NCBI GenBank assembly: GCA_963841435.1 | Contig: CAWJCS010000005.1 | Location: 1,184,001-1,248,000 of the forward strand | Reading direction: 5' to 3' | Origin: an uncultured delta proteobacterium | GTDB taxonomy: Bacteria > Myxococcota_A > Polyangia > Polyangiales > Polyangiaceae | Length of the DNA stretch: 64,000 bases | Shown here: positions 31,501-42,351 of the stretch, piece after piece | Layout of the letters: the number at the start of each line of letters is the position of its first letter | How positions within the stretch are numbered: position 1 is the stretch's first letter | Program-made: the position numbers and the translations under genes | The notes under the pieces: generated by a model | The model's database searches: none | Told to the model about the DNA's origin: nothing | The model's input: the letters and a program-made list of their open reading frames with translations, nothing else

Positions 31501-32918
31501 CCGATCATGTGCTTGCGACCGGGCTGGCTGAACGCTCGGTCGAACACCTCGAAATCGCGAGTTTCTCCCCAGAGATCGCCCTCGACGCGCACCGGCGCGA
31601 GCGCGCCGTGGATGCGGCGGGCGTGCGTTTCCTTGATGTCCCAGCTCACGATCGTTCGTGGCGTCACGTTCAGGTCGCGCATCAGCGACGTGAATGGGAC
31701 GTCGGCTTGATCCATGGCCTCGATGCTGATGGGCGCGCCGGGCTTGAGGGGCTCGATGCGCGCGTTCGTGATGGTGACGTGCCCGTCGGCGAATCCCATT
31801 TCGAACTTGGGGACTTGCACGACGTCGGCGGCGACGTGAAGATCGACGGCGAGGTCCTGAGCGATGCGATAGGGCCCGAGCGCGATACCCTTGCCGGTCA
31901 GCTTGCCGTCCAGCTCCGGCAACTCGAAGCTTCCGTCGTAGCGAATGTCCCCGGCGAACGCCACGGAGCCGCGGAGCGTTAGCGTCGTGACGAAGCGGTT
32001 CACGAGCGCGACGGGCGCCCGCAGCACGACGTGGCCGGCAAGCAGCGGGAGGTGATCGGGACGCGGCGTGACGTGCAGCTGCGAGACGCGCGCGACGATG
32101 CCGCGTGGATCGGCTTCGCCCGCGGCCTCGCAGCCGGCGCTCCGTCCCGGGGCGGGGCTGTCGTCGAGCGTCGCGAGCAGCGACAGGCGCCGCACGTCGA
32201 ACCCGTCGGGGGCGATGCGGCCGCGCGCCTCGAGGCGGCAGACGAGATCGTCCTCCTGGATCTCCTGGCCCTCGGTGGGGCTGCCGGTGGTCCGGTCGAT
32301 GCGGCGGCGCACGATACGGCTCTCGTCTGCCTGCAGCGAGATCTCGAACGAGGGGCCGCGATCGGCGAACACGTCGAGGTCGACGGGGCCGGTTTCCACG
32401 CCCACGCCGTCGACCTCGACGCGGAAGCGCCCTTCGGTCACCGACAGTGTCGAGAACGGCGCGCGCTGCGCCGCCGGACCGGGGCGCGTCTCGGGCAGGT
32501 GGTAGCGGAGGTTCTGGACCTTGCCGTCCTTCAATAAGAGGCGAGCGTGAGGGCGGCGGATCTCGATGTCCCCGAGATCGAGCCGACCCCCGAACAGGGC
32601 AAAGACGCGCGGCGCGATGCTCACCGACTCGGCGGTGAGCGCGGGCGAGCCCCCGTCCGAGGCAGGAATGACCAGGTCCGAGACCTGGAGCCGGAGCGGC
32701 AGGAGGCGAAGCTCGACGCGATACCGCGCCGAAAGGCCGAGCTCCTGCGCCATGATGCGCGCGGCTTCCCGCTCGGCCCAGCGCTGCAACGGGCCGCTCG
32801 AGATGAGGAAGGCCGCCGCGATGGGCGCCGCCCCGACGAGAGCGAGCAGGGCGACCACGATCCGGGCGAGGGTTCGCCCCAGATCGGCCCTCCTCGGGGC
32901 TCGCCGCGCTTCGCTCAT
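28530..32918 (-). CDS. tamB: Translocation and assembly module TamB (DUF490) protein
   Basis: About 1460 aa, N-terminal TM, beta-rich body, C-terminal LTSDPAL...TVTIGKRL...ADVRWRLEFE. Confidence 0.85.
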   Translation of the reverse strand: MSEARRAPRRADLGRTLARIVVALLALVGAAPIAAAFLISSGPLQRWAEREAARIMAQELGLSARYRVELRLLPLRLQVSDLVIPASDGGSPALTAESVSIAPRVFALFGGRLDLGDIEIRRPHARLLLKDGKVQNLRYHLPETRPGPAAQRAPFSTLSVTEGRFRVEVDGVGVETGPVDLDVFADRGPSFEISLQADESRIVRRRIDRTTGSPTEGQEIQEDDLVCRLEARGRIAPDGFDVRRLSLLATLDDSPAPGRSAGCEAAGEADPRGIVARVSQLHVTPRPDHLPLLAGHVVLRAPVALVNRFVTTLTLRGSVAFAGDIRYDGSFELPELDGKLTGKGIALGPYRIAQDLAVDLHVAADVVQVPKFEMGFADGHVTITNARIEPLKPGAPISIEAMDQADVPFTSLMRDLNVTPRTIVSWDIKETHARRIHGALAPVRVEGDLWGETRDFEVFDRAFSQPGRKHMIGVKHATLHGKFRVVPKALEFFDMRTDFGKSSVYSRLISIGFANTIALSIPKGSKIDLSDVSPLVDIPWAGNAEVDVEMAGDMGDPLLTGNLKIQGFEFGGFPLGDLKSAKVRFRPLWFELTDVVAQKGTSPYTIPSGRMDFDAGATLVADATVKSPGFDLQEFLAIWHFDQDPRWTDLEGVTSADAHVHYVLGGKRDPCGGGVLETDGKLAFKRFDLWGEHYDSGEGDYRFRWFDREASYRGMTLSVPSMALHKGSGSVLGSFEIRAGGTLQGHLVASDVPIGDIDALPAALRVADGRASGVAEFGGSIDELSGSGSGRITSVRVGRATLPSSEFRYELTALNEAEKVIGRTGCGAAITPPFDPSEWETDRASGVFDLSGSLFGGQVRFDHLQMTKQRSKLARGRVVFDGLDASALAELVPTFALSDSRVQGHLSGTLDLSEWRVADPVSSRAKLALADLSFSRGGYSARVLPGSRAIELGGGAVSVPALSVLAVTPSGHRATFDVTGDVASLRDVPRVDGTLSLRPMDLSALTQAFSRVERAKGTVSGKLAVKGPLRAPVYDGGLELSGGELTLHGLASPITDIDLALKLEGGELNVARGSARFGNGTLGVKGGGPVRGFSLSAMRLDLTAREIALPLGESVRASADADLLATWKPGTGSEPALPRLSGNVLLRSLEYRRPVTMTAELQSLGRRGKRTSFEAYDPAEDVVDLDITVRAARALQIKNELVEADLTLGDEGLVLKGTNGRYGLRGTVEVKPGGRITLRRSVFEVTQGTVRFDDETRIAPNVDVTAVTEYRRYAENSTTSGSSAASSSSGSASSVGGGHWTIRMHAHGDADDLKIDLTSDPALAQDDVFLLLTVGLTRTELDQAQSASVGESVALEALGTLSGADKAVTSAVPVIDEFRFGSSYSSRTGRTEPTVTIGKRLNDRVRANVTTGLAESREVRSNVEWRLSNRVSVESSYDNVNDISSSALGNLGADVRWRLEFE

Positions 32919-33002
32919 CGTCGAAAGCGTAGCCCCGGACGCGAGGTCCGGCACAAATCGCGGAAATTTGCTAGGAGTCGGCTGGGTGAAGACGCCGCGC
33001 GC

Positions 33003-33422
33003 ATGAAACTCTCCCAGGGCGACAACCACCTGATCTCCGCCCGCGACGGTCTCGCAATCTGCCAGGTCTGGCTGCGTCCCGATCTGAGCGCGGACGATGG
33101 CGCCAGAAACGCCAGGCAGATGTCGGATTTTCTGACGACGAACGTGCTCCGCCCCGGCACCCTCTACCGCGGCATCATCTTCGATCTACGCCGCGGCCCG
33201 CCAGTCTTCGGTCCGAAGACGCGCGAGGCGCTCGCCGGCTTCTTCGCCGCCGCCGCGAGGAGCGGCATGGGCGTCGCCGTGCTCGTTGGCAGCGCGCCGA
33301 TCCAGGTGCTGCAGTTCAGGAACCTCTGCCGCGACTCCGCGGGCCGCGCGGACGTCTTCGACAACGAGTCCGACGCCGTGCGCTGGTTCGCCGGGCTCGA
33401 CGCCAACCGCGACCGACCGTGA
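33003..33422 (+). CDS. Hypothetical STAS/SEC14-like small protein
   Basis: 139 aa; IIFDLR, VFDNESDAVRW; GTGA overlap with the next gene. Confidence 0.55.
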   Translation: MKLSQGDNHLISARDGLAICQVWLRPDLSADDGARNARQMSDFLTTNVLRPGTLYRGIIFDLRRGPPVFGPKTREALAGFFAAAARSGMGVAVLVGSAPIQVLQFRNLCRDSAGRADVFDNESDAVRWFAGLDANRDRP

Positions 33423-34570
33423 TCGATTCGAAGCTCCCCGCCGTCGGCACCACCATCTTCACGGTCATGTCGCGGCTCGCGGAGGAGCACGGCGCCGTGA
33501 ATCTCGGGCAGGGATTCCCCGATTTCGACCCACCTGCGGCGCTCTGCCGGGCGCTCGCGCATCACGTCGCCGCGGGCAGGAACCAATACGCGCCCATGGC
33601 CGGTATTCCGAGGCTCAGGGAGCAGATCGCGCTCGCCATCGAGCGCTCGTACGGCGTGGCCGTTGACCCGGAGAGCGAGATCACCGTAACGAGCGGCGCC
33701 ACGGAGGGGCTGTTCGACGCGGTCGCCGCCGTCGTGCGCCCCGGCGACGAAGTGATCGTGCTCGACCCCGCGTACGACGCCTACGAGCCCGCGGTGCTGC
33801 TGCAGGGAGGACGTGCCATCCACGTCCCGCTCAGGAGTCACGACTTCTCGGTCGACTGGCAGCGCGTGGCGGACGCGCTCACGCCGCGCACACGCCTCCT
33901 TATCCTCAATTTTCCGCACAATCCAACGGGCGCCGTGCTCGCGCCGGGCGATCTCGCGACGCTCGCCGACGTGCTCTCGGGCACGCCGACGCTCGTGCTC
34001 TCCGACGAGGTCTACGAGAGGCTCCTGTTCGACGGGCGCGAGCCGCAGAGCCTGCTCCGCAACGCGGAGCTTCGCGAGCGGAGCTTCTGTGTCGGCTCGT
34101 TCGGCAAGTGCTTTCACGCGACGGGCTGGAAGGTCGGCTGGGTCACGGCTCCCGCCGTGCTGAGCGCCGAGCTTCGCAAAGTGCACCAGTTCGTGACGTT
34201 CGCGACGTTGACGCCGGCGCAGCACGCGCTCGCCGACGTGCTCGCACAGAGCCCGGAGCACGTCGCGTCGCTCGCGGGCTTCTTTCAGAACAAGCGCGAT
34301 CGGTTTCGCGCATTGCTCGCCGACTTGCCCTTCGAGCTTCGCCCCGTTTCGGGCGCCTACTTCCAGCTCGTTGACTACTCGGCCATCTCGCGCGAGGACG
34401 ACGTGAGCTTCGCTCGGCGCCTCACCACCGAGATCGGGGTCGCCGCCATCCCGCTGTCGCCTTTCTACGAAACACCGACGGGCGAGCGCCTCGTCAGGTT
34501 CTGCTTCGCCAAAGAGGAAGCCACGCTAAAAGCCGCCGCCGAGCGGCTCGGCCGACTCCGCTCGGCGTGA
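33419..34570 (+). CDS. ybdL: PLP-dependent aminotransferase class I (methionine aminotransferase-like)
   Basis: SKLPAVGTTIFTVMS, NLGQGFPDF, PHNPTG, DEVYE, SFGKCFHATGWKVG, RFCFAK. Confidence 0.85.
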   Translation: MIDSKLPAVGTTIFTVMSRLAEEHGAVNLGQGFPDFDPPAALCRALAHHVAAGRNQYAPMAGIPRLREQIALAIERSYGVAVDPESEITVTSGATEGLFDAVAAVVRPGDEVIVLDPAYDAYEPAVLLQGGRAIHVPLRSHDFSVDWQRVADALTPRTRLLILNFPHNPTGAVLAPGDLATLADVLSGTPTLVLSDEVYERLLFDGREPQSLLRNAELRERSFCVGSFGKCFHATGWKVGWVTAPAVLSAELRKVHQFVTFATLTPAQHALADVLAQSPEHVASLAGFFQNKRDRFRALLADLPFELRPVSGAYFQLVDYSAISREDDVSFARRLTTEIGVAAIPLSPFYETPTGERLVRFCFAKEEATLKAAAERLGRLRSA

Positions 34571-34698
34571 GCCGGCGCGGGCGCGGGGCTCCGGCGCCGC
34601 CCCGAACCAGCCGAAAACCACTCGAAACCACGGCCTGCGGGCGCCACACCGGCCCGGCTTCCCCCGTGGCAGACTGGTGCTAGAAGGGCCGCCCCGCG

Positions 34699-35634
34699 AT
34701 GCCCAGCCTGTCCCCCGCCACTTTTGCCCCCGAGAGGCAGCGCGCCGCCGATGCGCTCGAGCGCGCGGTGGAGTGCGCGGAGCACGCGACGAGCGCCCGC
34801 CCGGTGACGCTCGTCCGGCCGGAGGACATCACCGCGCTCGGCGCCGCCGACCTGCGCCGCTATCTCGACCGCGTGATGCTCGGCGACCACGCCGACGAAG
34901 GCCTCGACGCCCTGCTCGTGTCCGGCACCCTCGACGTGTTGCTTCCCGAGGTGAAGGCCATGGTCGGGTTCGGCGACGGCGAGTGGCGCCACAAGGACGT
35001 CTGGAAGCACACCAAGCAAGTCGTGATTCAGAGCGTGCCGCGGCTCGAGGTGCGCTGGGCAGCCCTGTTCCACGACATCGGCAAGGTGAAGACGCGCAGC
35101 ATCGCGCCCAACGGCGAGGTGCACTTCTTCGGACACGCCGAGGTCGGGGCCCGCATGTTCGACAAGCTCGAGCGGCGTGAGCACCTCTTCAACCCCGATC
35201 CGTCGCTGCGCGAAACGGTGCGCTTTCTGGTGTTGCACCATCTGCGCGCGAGCCAGTACGACGGGAAGTGGACGCCGAGCGCCGTGCGCCGCTTCACGCG
35301 CGAGATGGGGGCCCACCTCGAGGATCTGCTCTGCCTGTCGCGCGCCGACATCACCACCAAGCGCCCGGAGAAGAAGCGGCGCGGCGTGGCGCTCATCGAC
35401 GAGCTCGGCAACCGCATCGGAGAGCTCGCCGCCGAGGACGCCGTCGCACCACCCCTGCCGACGGGCGTGGGAAACGCGCTGATGGCGGCGTTCGGACTGC
35501 CGCCGTCGCGCCTCGTCGGCGACATCAAGCGTGCGCTCGAGGCCGCCATCGAGAGCGGCGAGATCGAGCCGCACCTCGAGTCCGAGGCGTACGTCGAGTT
35601 CGTGGCGCAGAACCGCGTGCGCTTCGGGCTGTGA
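34699..35634 (+). CDS. HD-domain protein resembling the C-terminal half of a CCA-adding enzyme
   Basis: HKDVWKHT, LFHDIGK, GHAEVGA, HHLR, SAVRRF, RADITTK. Confidence 0.8.
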   Translation: MPSLSPATFAPERQRAADALERAVECAEHATSARPVTLVRPEDITALGAADLRRYLDRVMLGDHADEGLDALLVSGTLDVLLPEVKAMVGFGDGEWRHKDVWKHTKQVVIQSVPRLEVRWAALFHDIGKVKTRSIAPNGEVHFFGHAEVGARMFDKLERREHLFNPDPSLRETVRFLVLHHLRASQYDGKWTPSAVRRFTREMGAHLEDLLCLSRADITTKRPEKKRRGVALIDELGNRIGELAAEDAVAPPLPTGVGNALMAAFGLPPSRLVGDIKRALEAAIESGEIEPHLESEAYVEFVAQNRVRFGL

Positions 35635-35651
35635 GCGTTCGGCACGGCGTC

Positions 35652-37238
35652 ATGCCGAGCCGACGCACCGCCCTTTTCTTGCTCGCGAGCGCGGTGCTGC
35701 TGCTCGGTCTCGCCATCCGTCTGCCCGACGTGGGGGCAACCTGCAACGTTGACGGCATCCTGTACTGGTTCGGCCGCACCAAGCGGTTCTGGGAAGCGCT
35801 CGATAGCGGCCGCTGGGAGCGCACGTACCAGTCGCCACACCCCGGCGTCATGGTGATGTGGATCTCGGGCGCGGCGCTGCGCGTCGCCGGCGTGCTCGAG
35901 GCGCCCATCGGCCCGCTCAGCGTTACGGCGGCGACGCTCCCGCTCGCCGTGCTCGGCAGCGTCGTTCCGGCGGCGACGCTGCCGCTCGTTTATCGGCTTT
36001 CGCGAGATCCCGATGCGGCGGCACCTGGCCGCGCGCTCGATCGGGAGGCCGCCTGGCTCGCGACGCTCACCGCGGTCCTCCTCGCGACCGAGCCATTTCT
36101 CGTCGCCCACTCGCGCACCTTTCACCTCGATGCCACAGCCACGGGCTTCGTCTGGCTCGGCGCGCTGTGCGGCACGCTCGCGTTCGTGGAACGGCGCTTC
36201 GTCTGGGCGGTGGCCGCGGGCACGCTCTTCGGCCTCGCCGCACTGACGCGCCTGTTCTCCGTCGCCTTCGCGCTCGGCCTCGCGCTCGCCTGCATCGGGA
36301 CGTTCGTCGTCGAGAGGCCGCGCACGACGCGCCTCCCGCTGCTCGTCGCCACCATGGGTGCCTCGGCAATGCTCGTTTCGTGGCTGCTCTGGCCCGCGCT
36401 CTGGACGGCTCCCGTGAAGACGCTGCGGCGCGCCCTCGAAAGCGGCGCCCGCGTCGCGGGGTCGGGCCACGCCGTTCTTTCTTGGGGCAAGGTGTACGAG
36501 CGCGACCCGGGCATCGCGCACTACGCGGGCATCCTGTTGATGCGGCTCTCGCCCGAGGTGCTCGGCGCCGCGCTCTTCTCGTGGCTCGGGCTCAGGCGCG
36601 CGCGGAGCCGCACGTGGCGCACGCTCGCGGTGCTCGCTTGCACCTACGTGCCGGCCACCATGGTTCTCCTCGCGAGCCCGAAGAAGGGCGATCGCTATCT
36701 GTTGCCGCTGTTCCCCTTTTTGGCCTTCTTGGCCGCTCGGGGCGCGCTCGAGCTCACGCGGCGTCTCCGACTTCCCGAGCGCTTCGCGCGGCAACGCCCC
36801 CGTCTGCTCTGGGGCGTCCTCGCGTTGCTGCTCGCCGGGCGCTGCGCCAGGCTCGCGCGCGTCCATCCACTGCCCATCACCTGGTGCGCCTCGTACCCGG
36901 GGCTGAGCCCCGAGCGCGTCATCACGCTCGGCCAGGGCGAGGGCTTCCGCGCAGCGGCGCGCTGGATCGCCGCGCAATCGCCGCGCCGGACGCCCACGGT
37001 GCTCTCGGCCTACGCGCGCGGCGTCGTCATGACGCCATGGCTTCACTTCCGCAGGGCGCGCCGCGGCGACGACGCCGACTTCGTCGTCACCTATCTTTCC
37101 TCCGAGCAGCGCGGCCTCGACGCCGGCGTGAACCGGTTTGCGGTCGGTAAGCCTGCCCACGAGATCCGCTTCGAGGGCCGCACCTACGTGCGCATCTACC
37201 CGGGGCCGCGGCGGCGCCGAGGGCGAAGCCGCGACTAA
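35652..37238 (+). CDS. GT-C (PMT-like) membrane glycosyltransferase
   Basis: HPG, EPFLVAHSR..HLDA, KKGDRYLLP; multi-TM. Confidence 0.7.
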   Translation: MPSRRTALFLLASAVLLLGLAIRLPDVGATCNVDGILYWFGRTKRFWEALDSGRWERTYQSPHPGVMVMWISGAALRVAGVLEAPIGPLSVTAATLPLAVLGSVVPAATLPLVYRLSRDPDAAAPGRALDREAAWLATLTAVLLATEPFLVAHSRTFHLDATATGFVWLGALCGTLAFVERRFVWAVAAGTLFGLAALTRLFSVAFALGLALACIGTFVVERPRTTRLPLLVATMGASAMLVSWLLWPALWTAPVKTLRRALESGARVAGSGHAVLSWGKVYERDPGIAHYAGILLMRLSPEVLGAALFSWLGLRRARSRTWRTLAVLACTYVPATMVLLASPKKGDRYLLPLFPFLAFLAARGALELTRRLRLPERFARQRPRLLWGVLALLLAGRCARLARVHPLPITWCASYPGLSPERVITLGQGEGFRAAARWIAAQSPRRTPTVLSAYARGVVMTPWLHFRRARRGDDADFVVTYLSSEQRGLDAGVNRFAVGKPAHEIRFEGRTYVRIYPGPRRRRGRSRD

Positions 37239-37265
37239 CGAAGCGCGCCCGGCGCCGTGCGCGGC

Positions 37266-38723
37266 TCAGCCTCCGGGCTTACCGCGAACCAGGGCGCGCC
37301 GCACCGCGGCGAGCGGCGCCGCGTCGTCGAGGACGATGCGTCCGTTCGGTGCGCGTCGCACGCCGAGGTCGCGAAAAAGCGCGGCCGCGTCCATGGGCGC
37401 GCCTGCGCTGCGTAGCGGCGCGCGAGCGGCACGAGCTCGGGGCCACCGAGCGCGGTGTCGGCCACCTCGAGCGTACTCTCGAGGCTCCACACCTCCGAGG
37501 CGACCCCACCCTGCGCGAGCACGGCGCGCAGGCCGTCTTCGAGGCCCAGAGAGCCCTTGCTGCGAGCCCGCACTGCCACGTCGGCGCTGAGGCAGAAAAG
37601 TGCGCCCCCCCAGTAGAGCTCGCCGTAGCCGCGCGCGTGCTCGAGCCCGTGCTCGGTCATGGCGGGAAGGCCGCGTGGCATGTCGCCCAAGAAGTCGCTC
37701 CACAGCTCCCCCTCGTCGAGCCAGCCCATGCGCGCGCGGATCAGCGGCTCGAAGTAGGTCGCGAGTCCCTCGTCGAACCATTTTCCCTCGCCGAGGTAAG
37801 ACGGGGTGCCGACGTGAAAGAGCTCGTGGACGAGCACCCAGTCGTGCGGCAGCTCCGCTTCGGTCGTGTGCTCGCCGAGCAGGAGCACGATGCCCGGGCC
37901 GCTCTCGGGCAAGAGCTTTCCGAACGGCACGCCCGCCCGCCCCGGGATCGGCGCGACCACGACGAGCGTGTCGTCGTCGGGCGCGCGACCGTAAAAGTCG
38001 GCAACGCCCGTGGCAGCTCGCTCGACCCACGCGACGAGCGTCGACACCGGCAAGTCGAGCGGCCCGTCGAGCAGGGCGACGCGCACGATGCTGCCCTTGA
38101 CCTTGACGGCGTGCACCTCGCGCGGCGCGAACGCGACGTACGTTCCGACGCGAAGCTCGTGCGATTCGATGGAAAACGTCCCGTCGGGCCCGACCCTGAG
38201 CCCGGTGGCGATCGCGGCCGAAGACGGCACGAAGCTCACCTTCACGGGGTCGCCCGTACGCTGCGGCACCGGCGTGAACAAAAAGCTCGAGACTGGCGCG
38301 ATGAGTGAGCGCCCGAAGCGCGAAGCGATGTCGAGATCGTCGTAGCGCTTCGCCATGGCATCGAGATCGACCCGATACGAAACCCGTGAAACGCCCCCCG
38401 CCTCCTTTCGCGCACGAAGCGCATCGCGAGACGCACCGGTCACGAAGGCTTCGAGCTCGAGGTCATCGGGCACGACGCCCGTCACCGGTGCACCCGTGCA
38501 GCGAAGATCCACCGAGACGACCCAGGGAGCGGCCCTCGGAACGTCGATCGCCGCATCACAGACGCGCGGACCCGCGTCGGTCGTGGGGTGCGCAACGTGC
38601 GGAGCCGATTGCGGATTCTCCGGCGGCGTCGGGCGCACGGCGCCGCACCCCGGGCCCGCAGCGAGGAGGCCCGCGAGGAGGCCTGCTTGATAAACGCGAG
38701 CAGGGTGCCCCACCCATCCGTAC

Positions 38724-38725
<2 letters not shown>
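37266..38725 (-). CDS. M61-like zinc metallopeptidase lipoprotein; apparent frameshift near 37402
   Basis: HELFH, WFDEGLATY, YWGGA; adding one G at about 37402 gives the tail GAPMDAAALFRDLGV...LAAVRRAL ending at 37266. Confidence 0.7.
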
Positions 38726-39731
<1,006 letters not shown>

Positions 39732-39741
39732 GGGACGCCGT

Positions 39742-41121
39742 ATGAACTGGCAACGACCCGCCCGCACGATGGTGCTGCTGGGCTCAGTGCTCGCCACGGC
39801 GTGCGGCGGTGACTCGAAGGACGACAACGGGTCGCCGGGCGCGGCCTGCACGCCCGGCTCCAGCACGGGTTGCGAGGGCGGCACGGTGTGCGAAGCGGTC
39901 GAGGGCGGAGCGCCGGCCTGCTTCGCTCCCCTCGTGCTCCGCGGCCGCGTCTTCGACGTGACCGACGACGGCGCGATCGCGGGAGCGCTCGTGGTCGCTC
40001 GCGATGCCAACGGCGCCGCGGTCTCGGCGGTGGCGACGACGGACAACGACGGCAGCTACAGCCTGGAGGTGCCGGCAACGCGCCTTCCGAGCGGCGCCGT
40101 CGCCGAGGCGAGGGTGATACTGCGCGCGGACGCGAGCGGGTACCTCACCTTCCCGCGAGCGCCACGCGTCGCGGTGCCGATCGATCTCGAGGCGGCGACG
40201 GGGAACCCCGCGGCCGTCGCCTCGGCGCTCACCGAAATCGGGCTGATTCCGCTTTCGGACGGCAACAATCTCGGCAGCGTCTCGGGCCGCGTGCTCGCGG
40301 ATCGGCCGGGCGGCGCGCTGATCGTGGCCGGCACCCAGACGGGCGTCGCCGACCGCGACGGCGCGTACACGGTGTTCAACGTTCCCGTAGGCAGCGCGAG
40401 CGTCGAAGGCTACTTGCCGGGCGTGAACCTCGAGAGCCAAGCGGTTGACGTGAAGGCGGACCAGGCGCTCGCTGGCGTCGACCTCTCGGTGCTCAGCGCC
40501 GCGACGTCGAGGGTGAGCGGCAACGTGCAGATCGTCAACGCGCCCGGTGGCTCGACGACCAGTGTCATCCTCGTCGTCGAAAGCACCTTCGACGAAACCA
40601 TGGCGCGCGGCGAAGCGCCGCTCGGCTTGCGGGCCGCCAACGTGAGCGGCGCCTGGTCGATCCCGAACGTTCCCGCCGGGCGCTACGTCGCGCTCGCGGC
40701 CTTCGAGAACGACGGCCTCGTCCGCGACCCGGACACCAGCATCGGTGGTACCGAGATCGTCCATCTCGAGGTGACGAGCGGCAACATTTCGCTGACGCAG
40801 GGCTTCAAGGTCACGGGCGCGCTCGCGGTCGAATCGCCCGGCAGCGAGATGCCGGAAGAAGTGAGTGAGCCGTTCGACCTGTCCTGGGAGGACGACTCGA
40901 GCGAGGACGGTTACGACCTGGTCGTTTTCGACGCGCTCGGCAACGAGACCTGGCAGAAGTCGGGTATCGTCGGACCGAAGGGCAACGCCCCGGTCACGGT
41001 CGCCTACGCGGGTCCGGCGCTCGAGCCGGGCATGTACTACCAATTCCGCGCGACCTCGATCAAAGGCGGTGTCCCGATCGCCGCCACCGAAGACCTGCGC
41101 GGCGTGTTCGTCGCCCGCTGA
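39742..41121 (+). CDS. Lipoprotein with carboxypeptidase-regulatory-like beta-sandwich repeats
   Basis: LATAC lipobox; repeated GRV..T.DGSY.L and SVSG.V modules. Confidence 0.65.
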   Translation: MNWQRPARTMVLLGSVLATACGGDSKDDNGSPGAACTPGSSTGCEGGTVCEAVEGGAPACFAPLVLRGRVFDVTDDGAIAGALVVARDANGAAVSAVATTDNDGSYSLEVPATRLPSGAVAEARVILRADASGYLTFPRAPRVAVPIDLEAATGNPAAVASALTEIGLIPLSDGNNLGSVSGRVLADRPGGALIVAGTQTGVADRDGAYTVFNVPVGSASVEGYLPGVNLESQAVDVKADQALAGVDLSVLSAATSRVSGNVQIVNAPGGSTTSVILVVESTFDETMARGEAPLGLRAANVSGAWSIPNVPAGRYVALAAFENDGLVRDPDTSIGGTEIVHLEVTSGNISLTQGFKVTGALAVESPGSEMPEEVSEPFDLSWEDDSSEDGYDLVVFDALGNETWQKSGIVGPKGNAPVTVAYAGPALEPGMYYQFRATSIKGGVPIAATEDLRGVFVAR

Positions 41122-41210
41122 GCGTCTCGCCGCCGTGAGCGCCGCGGTCAGCGGGCCGGAGCGCGGTGGATGGCGTCGGTGGTGCTCTGGTAGTCTCCGG
41201 GGCGCCGTCG

Positions 41211-42245
41211 ATGAAAGCGTGGGCCGTGCCCCTGTCGTTGATGTTCGGCACCGCTACGCTCGGAGCGCGCGCCGAGCCGGCGCACGCTCTCGCGACCCTG
41301 GCTCTTGCGCGAAGCGGCGGCGCCGAGTCGTGCATCGCACCCAAAGCACTGATGAGGGCGGTCGAACGACGACTCGGGCGCCGAGTGTTCGTGAGCGATG
41401 CCGCCGATCTTCGCCTTTCGATCCAGCTCGACGCCACACCCGGACCCGCGTGGCGCGCACGGCTGACGCTCCACGACGGCATCGGTCGAGAGCTCGGCCG
41501 CCGTGAACTCGTCACCGAGGCGCCCGATTGCTCGGCGCTCGACGCGTCGCTCGCGCTCGTCGTCGCACTGCTGCTCGATGCGCCGCCCGAACCGCCGCCT
41601 GCGCCGACACCCGCGACCGAGACCGCGGCGCCACCACCGCCCGCGGCGCCTCCCGTCGCGGCGAGCCTCCCGCCGACCGCGATCAGACTACCGAAGGACA
41701 CCGACGCGCCGCGCACGCCGTGGCGCATCGGGCTCGCGCTTTCGGGGGCGCTCGCGATCGGCTCGTTGCCGGGCGTTGCACCCGGCGGAGCCGTCAGCCT
41801 CGAGCTCGGGCCGCCACGCTTCGCCACCATCCTGGTTTTCGCAGAGCTGTTCCCACCACGCGCGTCGTACGTCGAGTCGACGACGAATCGCGGCGTGCGC
41901 GTCTCGCTGCAGCGAGCCGGGATCCTCGTTTGCCCGCTCGAACACGCCGCCGCGCGCGTGCGCGTCGCGGCCTGCGCCGGCGAGCTCGCCGGGCGCAGCG
42001 CAGCCGAGGCGTTCGGCTTCGACGAGAACGAGCGAGTCAGCGGCTTCTGGTTCTCGCTCCAGGCGGGCGCCGTGGCCTCGCTTCGGCTCGTGGGGCCGTT
42101 GGCGCTGCGAGCGGCGGCGCTCGCTGAAGCCGCGATCACCCGGAACGGATATGTCGCGCAGCAGTCGAACGGCGCCAAAATCGGCCTGTTTCGCGCGGCC
42201 CCCATCGCCTTCGACGCACAAATCGGCGTGGGAGTGGAGCTTTGA
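41211..42245 (+). CDS. Hypothetical exported protein with C-terminal beta-strand (barrel-like) region
   Basis: Signal peptide, 2-Cys domain, Pro linker, amphipathic strands ending GVGVEL. Confidence 0.55.
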   Translation: MKAWAVPLSLMFGTATLGARAEPAHALATLALARSGGAESCIAPKALMRAVERRLGRRVFVSDAADLRLSIQLDATPGPAWRARLTLHDGIGRELGRRELVTEAPDCSALDASLALVVALLLDAPPEPPPAPTPATETAAPPPPAAPPVAASLPPTAIRLPKDTDAPRTPWRIGLALSGALAIGSLPGVAPGGAVSLELGPPRFATILVFAELFPPRASYVESTTNRGVRVSLQRAGILVCPLEHAAARVRVAACAGELAGRSAAEAFGFDENERVSGFWFSLQAGAVASLRLVGPLALRAAALAEAAITRNGYVAQQSNGAKIGLFRAAPIAFDAQIGVGVEL

Positions 42246-42351
42246 GGCCAGCCGGGGGCGCGACGGCTAATAAGGGTGGCGGTATGCCCCCACTGACGAG
42301 CGTTGAGGCACGGCATGCGTTCCCTACCGAAAGCCCCCCCGAGCGCCCCGC

